DNA of 64,000 nucleotides from a virus. Lineage: Duplodnaviria; Caudoviricetes. The position numbers and the translations under genes were made by a program. The stretch is from IMG/VR virus record IMGVR_UViG_3300025018_000093; one strand, 5' to 3'. Below are positions 1 through 9,759 of the stretch, one piece after another. Under the pieces are notes generated by a model that worked only from the letters and a program-made list of their open reading frames with translations, did not search any database and had not been told where the DNA came from. How positions within the stretch are numbered: the stretch's first letter is position 1; each line of letters opens with the position of its first letter.

Positions 1-2
1 GG

Positions 3-764
3 ATCGACGTTGGTGTTACCAAAGGGGGCGACGGAACAGCTGTCGCCATTGGACACATTGACAAGAAACAGCAGATTGTCCTGGACTACATTGAGTGGAT
101 ACGTGCTGGCGAGGGCAAGTACGCGCACCTGGAACGGCTGGACTTCGAGGATATTGCGGATTGGATTGTTTCCCTGGGGAAGAAGTTCCACATCACAGAG
201 GGTATTATGGACCGCTGGGCGGGACTCCCAATGGAGCAGTACCTTCAGAAGAAGGGTATGCGTCAGATTGTCTCCCAGCTATTTACTCCGAAGGATACCA
301 CGTTCATGTACAAGACCTTCAAGGACATGATGTGGGATGGTCGGCTTCGGTTGTACAACTGGCGACCCAACCCCACCGGGTCCTCAGGGGTGCTCCTGGG
401 CAGTGCTGAGGAGGGCACTCTCTGTGATTACCTGGAAGAGCTGCTTAGTCTCCAGGAAGAGAAAATCAGCCGCCACGTCTCAAGTATTGAGGCACCCAAG
501 TCTGGGGACAAGCATGACGACCGTTCGGATGCCCTGATTCGCATGGTATGGTTAGCAAGCCAGAAGCTCGGCAACCCCAAGTTTATTGCCGGGGGTGCCG
601 GGGGTGCCTCTGCGTACGCCCGAGCAACGGGATATGGTAACCGTCCACAAACCCAGCTGGGCTTCTTACGCCGTGCCCGCTTGGGTGGAAGCCACCCAAG
701 TCGACAGATCATCTCTCGGCTCACCGGAAATCCGGGTGGATTTCCGGGAGGAGGGAGGATGTGA
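3..764 (+). CDS. terL: Terminase large subunit, C-terminal RNase H-like nuclease domain (5' partial)
   Basis: Frame is open from base 3: IDVGVTKGGDGTAVAIGH...HDDRSDALIRMVW, matching the terminase nuclease acidic motifs. Lies just upstream of the portal. Confidence 0.85.
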   Translation: MDVGVTKGGDGTAVAIGHIDKKQQIVLDYIEWIRAGEGKYAHLERLDFEDIADWIVSLGKKFHITEGIMDRWAGLPMEQYLQKKGMRQIVSQLFTPKDTTFMYKTFKDMMWDGRLRLYNWRPNPTGSSGVLLGSAEEGTLCDYLEELLSLQEEKISRHVSSIEAPKSGDKHDDRSDALIRMVWLASQKLGNPKFIAGGAGGASAYARATGYGNRPQTQLGFLRRARLGGSHPSRQIISRLTGNPGGFPGGGRM

Positions 765-1459
765 TGCCAAAGCGACTTCCAAATGCTTCTGCCCAACTAG
801 GTGCACACGTTCAGATCAAGGTGTCGCAGGCTGCCTCCGCGCTGAGCGAGATCCTGAGCATCATGGTGGAGCATGAGGGAAAGGTACGAAAAGCAAGAGG
901 GGAGGCACGCCAGGACTTCTTGCGGGGTGTGCTCCGCATCCTGTCTCAGATTCACGTCTCTTCCACAGTTGTTGAAGATCAGGACTTGGGCCTTCGTACC
1001 CTCGGCAGTTTGGAACAAGAGTTGGAGTCTTTGGGTGCTGCAACGGGAGTCGGTATTCAAGAGATACTCTTGCACTCCCAGGGGGACTTGGAGGACACAC
1101 GAGAACGGATAACTCGACTGGAAGCTGTGCATGTGACTCTGGAGCGTGCTTTGACAATCCTTCAGGCTCCCGCGCAGAGACCTTCCAGTAGAGCAGGGCG
1201 CCTTCAGTTTGATCTTGATGCACGCCTCTCTTCTCTGCAGGGTAGGGTGGGGGATATGTTACGGTTGCTGGAAAGCACAAGGGATGCAGAGAGTTTGCGT
1301 TTTTCCTCTTTACGTCCACAAGTAGAGAAGGCTTTGGGGATGCTACACAGCGCTGGGGTTCTGCCCCGGAAGAGTTCCCGAAACTGGTGGCAGAACGAAC
1401 GTGAGATTCCCACCCGTAACCGCTTGGGTGGAAGCCGCTTGGTTGGGGCAAGTAAGTGA
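761..1459 (+). CDS. Hypothetical coiled-coil protein between terminase and portal
   Basis: 232-aa helical ORF with 4-bp stop/start overlaps on both sides. Confidence 0.6.
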   Translation: MMPKRLPNASAQLGAHVQIKVSQAASALSEILSIMVEHEGKVRKARGEARQDFLRGVLRILSQIHVSSTVVEDQDLGLRTLGSLEQELESLGAATGVGIQEILLHSQGDLEDTRERITRLEAVHVTLERALTILQAPAQRPSSRAGRLQFDLDARLSSLQGRVGDMLRLLESTRDAESLRFSSLRPQVEKALGMLHSAGVLPRKSSRNWWQNEREIPTRNRLGGSRLVGASK

Positions 1460-3237
1460 CAGACGTAACACAAGTTCAAGACGGTACCGTTGTTGCTCGT
1501 GTCCCTCGGCGCCCAGGGGTGCAGGTTGGAAAGCCCCGTCGTGTGGTGACCTCTGCTATGCGGTCGAAGTACGGCTTCGGGTGCAGTACGGGTGGCGGTG
1601 GCGGTAGCGGTGGTGGCTTCTTTTCTGGTGGGGGGTTTGGGAACATCGGGGGGACTACCTCTGGCTCTGGGGGTAACTTCTACAGCCCAGAGATGTCCAC
1701 GGACTTCTTGGAGATTGCCCAAAGTCTTGACGAGATGCGTCAATACTTTAGGTTCTTCTACGATAACGATGCCTTTGTCGGGCAAGCGTTGGACGTCCAC
1801 ACTGAGATCCCTCTCTCGAAGATTCGCCTAGGACTCCCCAAGGCCAAGAATGCAGAACTCTCGCAACGTGCCAAACGTTTCTGCGATAAGTGGCAGAAGC
1901 GCGTGCGGGGTGGTGGCGCCAGTGGTCTCCCTGGACTCATGTCTCGGCTTCTCGAAATCGTGCATGAGTACCATAAGATCGGAGAGGTGTTTATTTGGGT
2001 GGAGGACCCCTCCCCGGATGAACCTGAGGACTTGCGGTTTGAGATCCGCAGAACAGTCGGCAAGGATGGCAAAACCAGTGAGGAGAAGGTTGAGCGAGCC
2101 GATGCGGATGAGCGCCATCTGAAGTGGTTGCGGAAGAATTACAAGGGGTGGACGAAGATCGATATCTTCCCCCCGGAACAGATTCAGGTGGAGACGTTCC
2201 CCTTCTCGGATGAGGTTCTGATTCAGCTGGTCATCGACTCTAAGTCAAAGAGTATCGTTAACCAGGCGCAGACAGGGGACGAGGAAGCTATCCGCATTGT
2301 GGAGGGGATGCCCCCTGAAATTGTGGAGGCGATCCTCAATGGAGAGAGCAAGGTCACACTGAACACGGACCCCGAGAGGGGGAGTTTCGTAGCGTACCTG
2401 GCGCGCAAGAGAAGCCCCTACGAGAAACGTGGACGGTCCATACTTCAACGCTGCCTCCGCACACTGGTGTACCGGGACAAGCTACGCCAGGCTCAGACCA
2501 GTATCGCATCCCGCAATATGACGCCCACGCGAGTTGTCTGGGCAGAGGGAATGGATACGGGAGACATTGAAGCTCTGCGAGAGCAGATCGATATGTCTCT
2601 GATGGACCCAGACTACTCCATCATTGCGAACTATGAGTTGCATTGGGAGGAAATGTCTTCGAATGGGCGTCTTCTGGACTTGACGAGTGAGTACGATCTC
2701 ACGGACAGACAGCTCTATGCGGGTCTCGGTGTCACGGAAGGGCTTCTCTCTGGGGAAACCAGTTACAGTGGGGATAGAATCCACCTGGAGGTGATCAACA
2801 CCCGGTACATGCTTCTTCGGGAGATTGTTTCCACCTTCGTGGAGGAGATGCTTCTGAAGCCCATGTGCTCCCGTATGGGCTTCGTAGAGGAAGACGAAGA
2901 TGGTGACGAGGAGATCATCTCTCCTACGATCAGCTTCACTCGTTTGGGTTTGCGAGACAACGATTCCACCTTCGACCAGCTGTTCAATCTGTACCAGAAG
3001 GGCAGCCTCGATATTTGGACTATCTTCGAGCTGTTGAATGTGGACTCCCAGGTGGTCGAGGAACGCCTCTTCTCCTCTATTGGGAAAATCACAGACCCGA
3101 ACTTCAATGAGGTTCTTCGCGGCATGTACAGCAGGATTGGAGACGACTTGGCGGAGAAGTCGGATGCGTCGGAGCGTATTGCTGCCTACCTGGGCTATTC
3201 GTACACGAAAGCGGAAGAGGAAGGCGGGCGTTTCTGA
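1456..3237 (+). CDS. Portal protein
   Basis: 593 aa. Portal-like DNDAFVGQALDVHTEIPLS segment, acidic FTRLGLRD C-terminal part, and position between terminase and head genes. Confidence 0.8.
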   Translation: MTDVTQVQDGTVVARVPRRPGVQVGKPRRVVTSAMRSKYGFGCSTGGGGGSGGGFFSGGGFGNIGGTTSGSGGNFYSPEMSTDFLEIAQSLDEMRQYFRFFYDNDAFVGQALDVHTEIPLSKIRLGLPKAKNAELSQRAKRFCDKWQKRVRGGGASGLPGLMSRLLEIVHEYHKIGEVFIWVEDPSPDEPEDLRFEIRRTVGKDGKTSEEKVERADADERHLKWLRKNYKGWTKIDIFPPEQIQVETFPFSDEVLIQLVIDSKSKSIVNQAQTGDEEAIRIVEGMPPEIVEAILNGESKVTLNTDPERGSFVAYLARKRSPYEKRGRSILQRCLRTLVYRDKLRQAQTSIASRNMTPTRVVWAEGMDTGDIEALREQIDMSLMDPDYSIIANYELHWEEMSSNGRLLDLTSEYDLTDRQLYAGLGVTEGLLSGETSYSGDRIHLEVINTRYMLLREIVSTFVEEMLLKPMCSRMGFVEEDEDGDEEIISPTISFTRLGLRDNDSTFDQLFNLYQKGSLDIWTIFELLNVDSQVVEERLFSSIGKITDPNFNEVLRGMYSRIGDDLAEKSDASERIAAYLGYSYTKAEEEGGRF

Positions 3238-3269
3238 GCGGGTCTGTCAGCGAAGAGCAGGGAGACAGA

Positions 3270-5558
3270 ATGTCAGCAGAGAACGGGAGCAAGTCGGGGA
3301 ATCGGATGGAGGTGGGGTTGTTCATTCCGCTCCCCGAAGTACTTGCCGAGGAGTGCCCCTCTCTGGCCCCGGAAGACAACTCAGTCCCTCACGTCACATT
3401 CCTGTATGTTGGAGAAGTACCCGGGGAACGGGAGGACGAGTTCCTCCAAGTGGTCCAGGAAGCTTTCTCTTCACTGGGTAATGTCCATGCTTCCCTAGGG
3501 AAGCTGAGTTACTTTGTACACCCCGAGCAAACCATCGCACACATGCGTGTGCGGTTTGATCAGGATCTGCGGGGTGCTCGTCAGCGTCTCCGTGAGTCTC
3601 TGGAGGCTGCAGGGTTCTCTGTGGAGGATAGCTACCCCCTTGTCTATCATCCACATGTCACCCTTGCCTACCTGGAGGGAACCGACCGAGTCTACGAAGG
3701 TCCCCGCCCTTACGGCGGGTGGACGTTCAATAGCATCGAAGTTTGGGGTCTTCCCCAGGTGCATACGGTGCGATTCGGGGTCAATCCTCAGAGAGTAGCC
3801 TTTGCGTGGAGTCTCGTTGCCAAGTACCAGAAAAAGGTCAAGGACGAGGAGGGGAACACGCATTATGAGTACGGACCTCGGCAGGTTGCGGAGCGACATA
3901 AGGAGAAGGCCAAGAAGGTTGAGAAGCTCCGCAAGTCTATAGGTGGTCTTCGGGAGCGTGTTCTCTCGGATCTCCAGGGAAAGGATGAGAAGAAACGCCT
4001 TCTGGCTTTGGTTGTGGCGCTAATTGATGCCACCTATGAGCGAGTGGGAAATGAGGACTCTGCCAAGGATGGCCACTTCGGTGTTACGGGGTGGCAGGCG
4101 CAGCACTTGGAGATTAAGGGAGATAAGGCAACAATCACGTATGTCGGGAAGAGTGGGGTCAACCAGAAGAAGGTTGTGGATGATCCTCGCATCCTGTCGG
4201 TGCTTCGAGAAGTGTCCAAGGACAAGTCTGGAAAAGATTCCTTGATGGCCTATGGGGAAGAGCAGCTCATTAGCTCTAAGGATGTCAACGAGTATCTCTC
4301 CAAGTTTGGGGTCACGGCCAAGGACTTGCGTGGCTTCCATGCCAATAGAGAGATGTCGGAGCGTTTGAAGAAGCTTCGGAAGAAGGGTCCTACCCTTCCG
4401 AAAGGTCGGAAGGAAAAGGATGACGTCTTGCGGAAGGAGTTTGAGAAAGCTCTTGCGGAGACTGCGGATGCTGTAGGGCACGAGGAGGCCACGCTTCGCT
4501 CGGAGTACCTAGTGCCAGGGTTGGAGGATGACTTTCTCCACGACGGGACGGTTTTGGACACGTACCTGAAGAAGGGCACCAAGACGCGGACGCAAGCCGA
4601 GGATGAGGAGGTAGAACGCCTGGTTCGTCCAAGCCCGAAAAAGAAGCCCCCAAGGAAGGACAAGCGGCGGAATCAAGTTCAGATCAAAGACTCGGACCTA
4701 GGCCAGGGTGACCGGGGGGACGATAAGGACTTGTCTTTGAACTACAAACGTGTTGGTGGCGAAAAAATTCGTCAATCGACGTCCTATAACGAGACTCTTA
4801 TAGGCGAGAGGGTAGGGCATGGTGAGGGGATTCCTCCACTGTTCTCTCAAACCGCCGCCATGCATTGGAGGGAAGACATGCCTCGAAGAATGACTAAGAA
4901 GGGCGCTCAGCAAGTTGTGGTTGAATTGGACCGTCTCGCCAGTGTGATGCAAGATCACTGGGAAGCGCTGGGCGTTCCGAAGAGGGCAGCCTTGGATCTG
5001 GCATACCGCTGTGATCTCCTGTCGGACTACATCGAGAAGAGTGCTGGTCTCCAGCCCTCGGTGAAGAACGAGGGGTTTGATCCCTCGGAAATCGCCGCAG
5101 AAGAGTCCGGTGCGCTGGAGAGCAACAAGGACGAAGCCTACACTAAGAAGAACTTCACGGAGCAGGAGCACCGCGAGCTTCGCGAGAAGCAGGAAGCTGG
5201 AAAGCTCCCTAGCGCGGAGAAGTTGGCTTCCCAGCATGGCTTCAATCTGTTTGCCTCCGACTTCTACAAGCTGTCACCCATCCTTTTGGGTGAAGTGAAG
5301 GCGGATGTCGCGCAGAGGTTTGAGGAAGATCCTAGCAGACGTCGCATCTACAACGTGGATGCCATTCTGCGAGAGGTTGCCAGAGATTATTGGCAACAGA
5401 CTTCGAAGGATGATCGGTTTGATCTCATGAGTGCTCTTGATCCTGGCGTGGGAGTTAAGAGTGTTGCTTTGAGCCAGAATGTAAGACAGATCCCCGTCGA
5501 GATTGCAAAGAGACTTCTCACCAAAGAGCGCAAGTGGGCAGAGAGCTTGCTCAGATAA
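3270..5558 (+). CDS. Multidomain protein: 2H phosphoesterase + DNA topoisomerase IB catalytic domain + C-terminal virion-type domain
   Basis: Two HxT motifs (PHVTF, HPHVTL). Topo IB catalytic set: ERVGN (R), GKSG (K), KDLR (R), VGH (H), SEY (Y). Region from 4878 is paralogous to the next gene. Confidence 0.8.
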   Translation: MSAENGSKSGNRMEVGLFIPLPEVLAEECPSLAPEDNSVPHVTFLYVGEVPGEREDEFLQVVQEAFSSLGNVHASLGKLSYFVHPEQTIAHMRVRFDQDLRGARQRLRESLEAAGFSVEDSYPLVYHPHVTLAYLEGTDRVYEGPRPYGGWTFNSIEVWGLPQVHTVRFGVNPQRVAFAWSLVAKYQKKVKDEEGNTHYEYGPRQVAERHKEKAKKVEKLRKSIGGLRERVLSDLQGKDEKKRLLALVVALIDATYERVGNEDSAKDGHFGVTGWQAQHLEIKGDKATITYVGKSGVNQKKVVDDPRILSVLREVSKDKSGKDSLMAYGEEQLISSKDVNEYLSKFGVTAKDLRGFHANREMSERLKKLRKKGPTLPKGRKEKDDVLRKEFEKALAETADAVGHEEATLRSEYLVPGLEDDFLHDGTVLDTYLKKGTKTRTQAEDEEVERLVRPSPKKKPPRKDKRRNQVQIKDSDLGQGDRGDDKDLSLNYKRVGGEKIRQSTSYNETLIGERVGHGEGIPPLFSQTAAMHWREDMPRRMTKKGAQQVVVELDRLASVMQDHWEALGVPKRAALDLAYRCDLLSDYIEKSAGLQPSVKNEGFDPSEIAAEESGALESNKDEAYTKKNFTEQEHRELREKQEAGKLPSAEKLASQHGFNLFASDFYKLSPILLGEVKADVAQRFEEDPSRRRIYNVDAILREVARDYWQQTSKDDRFDLMSALDPGVGVKSVALSQNVRQIPVEIAKRLLTKERKWAESLLR

Positions 5559-5602
5559 CTCTTGTGCATGGCTTTCAACCTGTTTGTGAAGGGAAGAACA
5601 AG

Positions 5603-6037
5603 ATGGCCGTAACCAAAAAAGGTGCCCTCCAGGTGAGCCAGGCTATGGACCGCCTCGCCTCTCTGTTTCAACAGGATCATGCGGTGATGGGTGTCGCCCC
5701 ACGCATCGCAGAGGACTTCGCGATTCGCTTGGACCGAATGTCGGATCTGGTGGAAAAGAGTGCGGGTGTGGTACGGGCAGAGTGGTTTGATAAGGATGTG
5801 GATGGGGACTTCGATCCTCGGGAGGTTGGCAAGGCGACGCCTTCACAGGATGACGATGAGCCCTACGTCCGGGACAACTTCACGCAGCAGGAGTTCAGTG
5901 AGCTGTCCAGCAAGCAGAACACGGGTCAGCTCCCGTATGCGGATGTTCTCCCTGAGCAGGATATGATGGGAAAGCTAGCAAAGGCGGCTGAGGCGCTGGT
6001 TTCCCTGACACAAGAGCTGAAAGCTCGTAACCGTTGA
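5603..6037 (+). CDS. Hypothetical virion-associated protein, paralog of the 4878-5230 segment
   Basis: MAVTKKGALQVSQAMDRLASLFQ...NFTQQEFSEL aligns with MTKKGAQQVVVELDRLASVMQ...NFTEQEHREL. Confidence 0.75.
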   Translation: MAVTKKGALQVSQAMDRLASLFQQDHAVMGVAPRIAEDFAIRLDRMSDLVEKSAGVVRAEWFDKDVDGDFDPREVGKATPSQDDDEPYVRDNFTQQEFSELSSKQNTGQLPYADVLPEQDMMGKLAKAAEALVSLTQELKARNR

Positions 6038-6045
6038 GGCTCCTA

Positions 6046-6702
6046 ATGCCTATCCGCAAGAGAGCTACATACATCAATCAACAGCAGCGGGCTACCGAGT
6101 TTCAAGTCGGGCAGCCCGTAACGCATTGGGGGCATCCGATTGAGGAATCGGGTCGTGTGACCGCAGTGTGGCCGGCTATTGGTCAGGTTGACGTGCAGTT
6201 CCCTTGGGGCAACGTTCGGGTTCCCGTTGAAGACCTCCAGATCATTGCAGACAGCACTTGGATTGTCACCCCGAAGAATGACAATACCCCAGGCGGAACA
6301 GCTACCCTGGTTTCGGGTGGTCCCTTTACGCTGAAGGATGCTCCCTATGATCCTCTTCCCCTCCCCGTGAAGGTGAAGACGGCTTCCCCTAGTCTGGAAC
6401 GTGTCGTGGTGGCCTACGTCAAGAAGGCTATCTACTGGCAGGAAAAGAATCGGAAGTACAGGGTCAGCCAGGGCGAGCGAGACAGTGGTAGCTTCCATTG
6501 TCCGCGTTGCAAGGAAACGATCCTTCGGGACGCCATCTACAAGCGCGAAGAGGGGCAGAGTGTGCGTCTTCTGGGTTGCCCCTCGTGTCTCTTTCTGGTC
6601 AAGAAGGAAGACTTGCTTGGGGTCGAGTCTTCCGCACCGGATTTGGAAGTTGCTATCCCCCAGGGAAAGAGCGTCATGATTCGCCTACTGCGGGGTGAGT
6701 GA
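6046..6702 (+). CDS. Hypothetical head-module protein with SH3-like N-terminus and Zn ribbon (CPRC...CPSC)
   Basis: ORF with two CxxC pairs, tightly packed in the head operon. Confidence 0.65.
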   Translation: MPIRKRATYINQQQRATEFQVGQPVTHWGHPIEESGRVTAVWPAIGQVDVQFPWGNVRVPVEDLQIIADSTWIVTPKNDNTPGGTATLVSGGPFTLKDAPYDPLPLPVKVKTASPSLERVVVAYVKKAIYWQEKNRKYRVSQGERDSGSFHCPRCKETILRDAIYKREEGQSVRLLGCPSCLFLVKKEDLLGVESSAPDLEVAIPQGKSVMIRLLRGE

Positions 6703-6703
6703 G

Positions 6704-8143
6704 ATGGCATTCCTTCGTTATGCATATGCGCAGGACATCCGCCAAGTCAGCTCCAAGACCTGGAGCAAGATACGAGTTTCGTCCACGACGGCGACTATCA
6801 GTCCCAACCTCCTGGAGCAGGCTAGCGAAATTCTGCACGAGCACTTCGATCCGAATAAGTACCTCCTGTCTCACGCCACTATCGTGGCCAGTGTGGACAC
6901 GTATGATGTTCCTGGGGTTGTCACAGGGAACATCAAGGAGGGCAGTCGAACAATCCAGCGCAAGTTCTCCAACTATCGAATCCTCCCCGAGTGCGATCCT
7001 TGGATCAACAACAACAATGACTCCTGGGAACGTCGTGTTCTGCTCAAGAGCTATGCCACTTTTGTTGGTGGGCACAACTTCGTAGAGCACGTTCAGATTG
7101 AGGAGCAAAGCAAGGGTCGCATCCTGGATGCTTGCGCGAGGGACATTGGGGACTCCGTCTACGTCGACATCCTGATTGCCACGGCGAAGAAGCACAAGTC
7201 CCTGATCAACTCCATCCAGTCTGGGGAGATGGGGACCCTGTCGATGGGGTGCTCTATTGACTTCTCTCAATGCACTAAATGTGGACATGTGGCTGTTGAC
7301 GAAGCCGATATGTGCCCCTGCGTGCGGTATGAGAAGGGCAACTACTTCTATGATGATTCCGGTCGTCGGCACCGCGTAGCCGAACTCTGTGGGCATCACT
7401 CTGTGAATCCCACAGGGGGTGTGCGATTCATCGAAGGATCTTGGGTCGGTGTTCCTGCCTTTGGTGGAGCTGTCTTGCGTACCATCCTCACCCCCGAGGG
7501 TGTCTCCGCAGAGCATTTGAAGCGGGCTCAGGCCCTGCTGATGAATCCTCCGAAGGTGTGGTCTCGTGATGTCCTCCAGGGTATTGCCAAGGCAGCTACC
7601 CTGTTGGCTTCTGCGAAGAAAGCCGCGTTCGACTTTGGAGGCGAAGAGGACGAGGCTGATGCTGACACCGGTGGTGAAACTGGTGGAAGCTCCGATGGTG
7701 GTGGGACTTTGAAGGAGCTGGAGGATGCAGCCTCGAAAGAGGTTGTCCGACGGCTCAAGAAGAAGCTCCAGGATGAAATCAACCCACCGCAACCTGTGGA
7801 CAAGACGAAAGAGTCTATCACGGATGAGGAGCTTAATCGGCAAGCTGCAGCACAACGTCTGTGGGTTGGAAATGTCTATCGAGACACCATCCAGACCATC
7901 ACAAAGATGGCTAGCTCAGACGTAGAGTTGATTAATGGGGTTGCCCAAGTCAACAATTCGTTCGGTGTAGAAGTCCCGGTCGAGTTATACCGGGCAGCGT
8001 TGAGGGTAGGATCGACCACCCGTCACCATGATCCTCGGAAATATCTCCGGGCATGTGGGCAGGTAATGGGTCGGACGCCAACCCTGGGGGAGTCGCGAAC
8101 TCTAGTCCGACTCGGTAACCTGCTCGCTCGCTTGAGCGGCTGA
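6704..8143 (+). CDS. Prohead (capsid maturation) protease, putative
   Basis: HNFVEH and LSMGC motifs followed by a Cys/His cluster (CTKC, CPC, LCGH). Sits before scaffold, decoration and capsid genes. Confidence 0.65.
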   Translation: MAFLRYAYAQDIRQVSSKTWSKIRVSSTTATISPNLLEQASEILHEHFDPNKYLLSHATIVASVDTYDVPGVVTGNIKEGSRTIQRKFSNYRILPECDPWINNNNDSWERRVLLKSYATFVGGHNFVEHVQIEEQSKGRILDACARDIGDSVYVDILIATAKKHKSLINSIQSGEMGTLSMGCSIDFSQCTKCGHVAVDEADMCPCVRYEKGNYFYDDSGRRHRVAELCGHHSVNPTGGVRFIEGSWVGVPAFGGAVLRTILTPEGVSAEHLKRAQALLMNPPKVWSRDVLQGIAKAATLLASAKKAAFDFGGEEDEADADTGGETGGSSDGGGTLKELEDAASKEVVRRLKKKLQDEINPPQPVDKTKESITDEELNRQAAAQRLWVGNVYRDTIQTITKMASSDVELINGVAQVNNSFGVEVPVELYRAALRVGSTTRHHDPRKYLRACGQVMGRTPTLGESRTLVRLGNLLARLSG

Positions 8144-8163
8144 CACAAGGGAGGTTTGCATAA

Positions 8164-9750
8164 ATGGGACGCAAACGAATGACCTGGACTCAAAGTAGAC
8201 GTGCTTCGGCGCCACCCGCAATTCCCGGCTATGATGACGCAGGGTACAGACACCCCGCTCACCAGACTCCGGATCCTGACTCGGACCAGTACGAGAACGG
8301 GGACATAAGTTCTTGGGCAGAGGACGTGCATCCGCCGCCCTACCAGAATAGCCGTCACCCCGCTGTCCCTACAGAGTCCGGTGGCTACAACCATCCGGCA
8401 GGCAACCCTGCCAATCTCAAGCAGGCTATGTATCGCAAGGCACATAAGTGCATTCGCATTGCACAGACCCTGCTTGGCCCGAGGGCAACAGTTGCACAGA
8501 TCGAGAACAAGGCGCTTTCGATGTTGGACTGGCCCGAGCGGAAGGTCCAGGCTTCTCTGAAGCACATTGCCTCTTCGCGTCAGGCCGCCTCTTCGCGTCG
8601 CTCTTGCGGTGAGATGGGCATGTACGGCATGTACGGACAGGATGACATGGATCTTCCGAATGCCGGCATGTATGAGGATGACATGGACGACATGGGTCTG
8701 TACGGCATGGATGACGAGTTGGGCATGGATGACGAGTTGGACATGGACGACGAGTTGGGCATGTTTGACGAGGAAGAAGACGAAGGCATGTCTATGCTCG
8801 ATGATGACTTCGATGATGACTTCGAGGAGGACTTCGAGGAGGACTTCGAGGAGGACATGTACGGGATGCTCGATGACTATGAGCAGGGCGATCCCGTCAT
8901 GGGTCCGCAGCGCATGGCTTCGCAAGAGGACAGAATGCTGGCCTCGATGCTTCGCGAAGCTCGCGTCAAGAAGCAGAATCGCTTCGCGGGTCTTGATGCA
9001 ACAGAGAAGCGGATGCTAGCTTCGATGCTTCGTCAGGCTGCTGCGGAAGAGGAAGTGGAAGAGGAAGTGGACGAGGAAGAGGAAGAGGGTGCCAAGAAGA
9101 AGGCTCGCTCTCGGAAGGCCGTCTCCACTCGTCGTGCTCTCACCCGTCGTCGTGCTGCTGAGGACGAAGAAGAGGGTGCTGAGGACGAAGAAGAGGAAGA
9201 GGGAGCTAAGAAGAAGGCTCGCCGCAACCGCGACCTGGATCCGATGGGTCTGATGGACGATCCGATGGACCGTCTGGCCTCCAAGGGAGAGGATGCGGAG
9301 CTTCGTGCCCTTTTTGAGAATGATCTCTTTGCGGCAGCTGCTCGTGTAGCTGCTGGGGAAGAGGACGAGGAAGAGGGTGCTGAGGAGGACGAGGAAGAGG
9401 GTGCCAAGAAGAAGGCTCGCTCTCGTAAGGCCGTCTCCACTCGCCGTAACCCCCTCCGTCGCCGTGCGGCTGACGAAGAGGAAGAAGACGAGGATGAGGA
9501 CGAGGACGAGGATGAGGACGAGGATGAGGAAGAGGAAGAGGAGGGAGCCAAGAAGAAGGCCACCCGCCTCGCTTCCGCACAGCGCCCTCGCCCCCGCAAG
9601 CCCGCTCGCAGTGGGTCGCCTCGCCGTCTCGGAAACATCCATACGGCTTCCTCCGGTGGCGAGCTCAACGAACTGTCGCAGCTCTGGGCTTCCGCTCCCG
9701 ATATCAGTGAGACCTTCGGGATCACGGAGACGAACCTCGACGTGGAGTGA
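8164..9750 (+). CDS. Capsid scaffolding protein, low-complexity acidic/basic
   Basis: 528 aa of alternating E/D tracts and KKKAR/RRR blocks, located between protease and capsid genes. Confidence 0.65.
   Translation: MGRKRMTWTQSRRASAPPAIPGYDDAGYRHPAHQTPDPDSDQYENGDISSWAEDVHPPPYQNSRHPAVPTESGGYNHPAGNPANLKQAMYRKAHKCIRIAQTLLGPRATVAQIENKALSMLDWPERKVQASLKHIASSRQAASSRRSCGEMGMYGMYGQDDMDLPNAGMYEDDMDDMGLYGMDDELGMDDELDMDDELGMFDEEEDEGMSMLDDDFDDDFEEDFEEDFEEDMYGMLDDYEQGDPVMGPQRMASQEDRMLASMLREARVKKQNRFAGLDATEKRMLASMLRQAAAEEEVEEEVDEEEEEGAKKKARSRKAVSTRRALTRRRAAEDEEEGAEDEEEEEGAKKKARRNRDLDPMGLMDDPMDRLASKGEDAELRALFENDLFAAAARVAAGEEDEEEGAEEDEEEGAKKKARSRKAVSTRRNPLRRRAADEEEEDEDEDEDEDEDEDEEEEEEGAKKKATRLASAQRPRPRKPARSGSPRRLGNIHTASSGGELNELSQLWASAPDISETFGITETNLDVE
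9067..9560 (+). repeat. Intragenic repeats encoding EEEEGAKKKA (4 copies) and a poly-ED tract
   Basis: gaagagggtgccaagaagaaggctcgctctcg(g/t)aaggccgtctccactcg is near-identical at about 9079 and 9394. Confidence 0.85.
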
Positions 9751-9759
9751 GACTACGGC

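Noticed and set aside
6674-7855. Long antisense ORFs (also 9016-9852, 36438-37376, 62338-63252 and others)
   Set aside because: Shadow frames of GC-biased + strand genes; no RBS or recognisable motifs.
8700-9560. CRISPR-like repeat array
   Set aside because: Repeats are in-frame coding low-complexity units without unique spacers; no cas genes.
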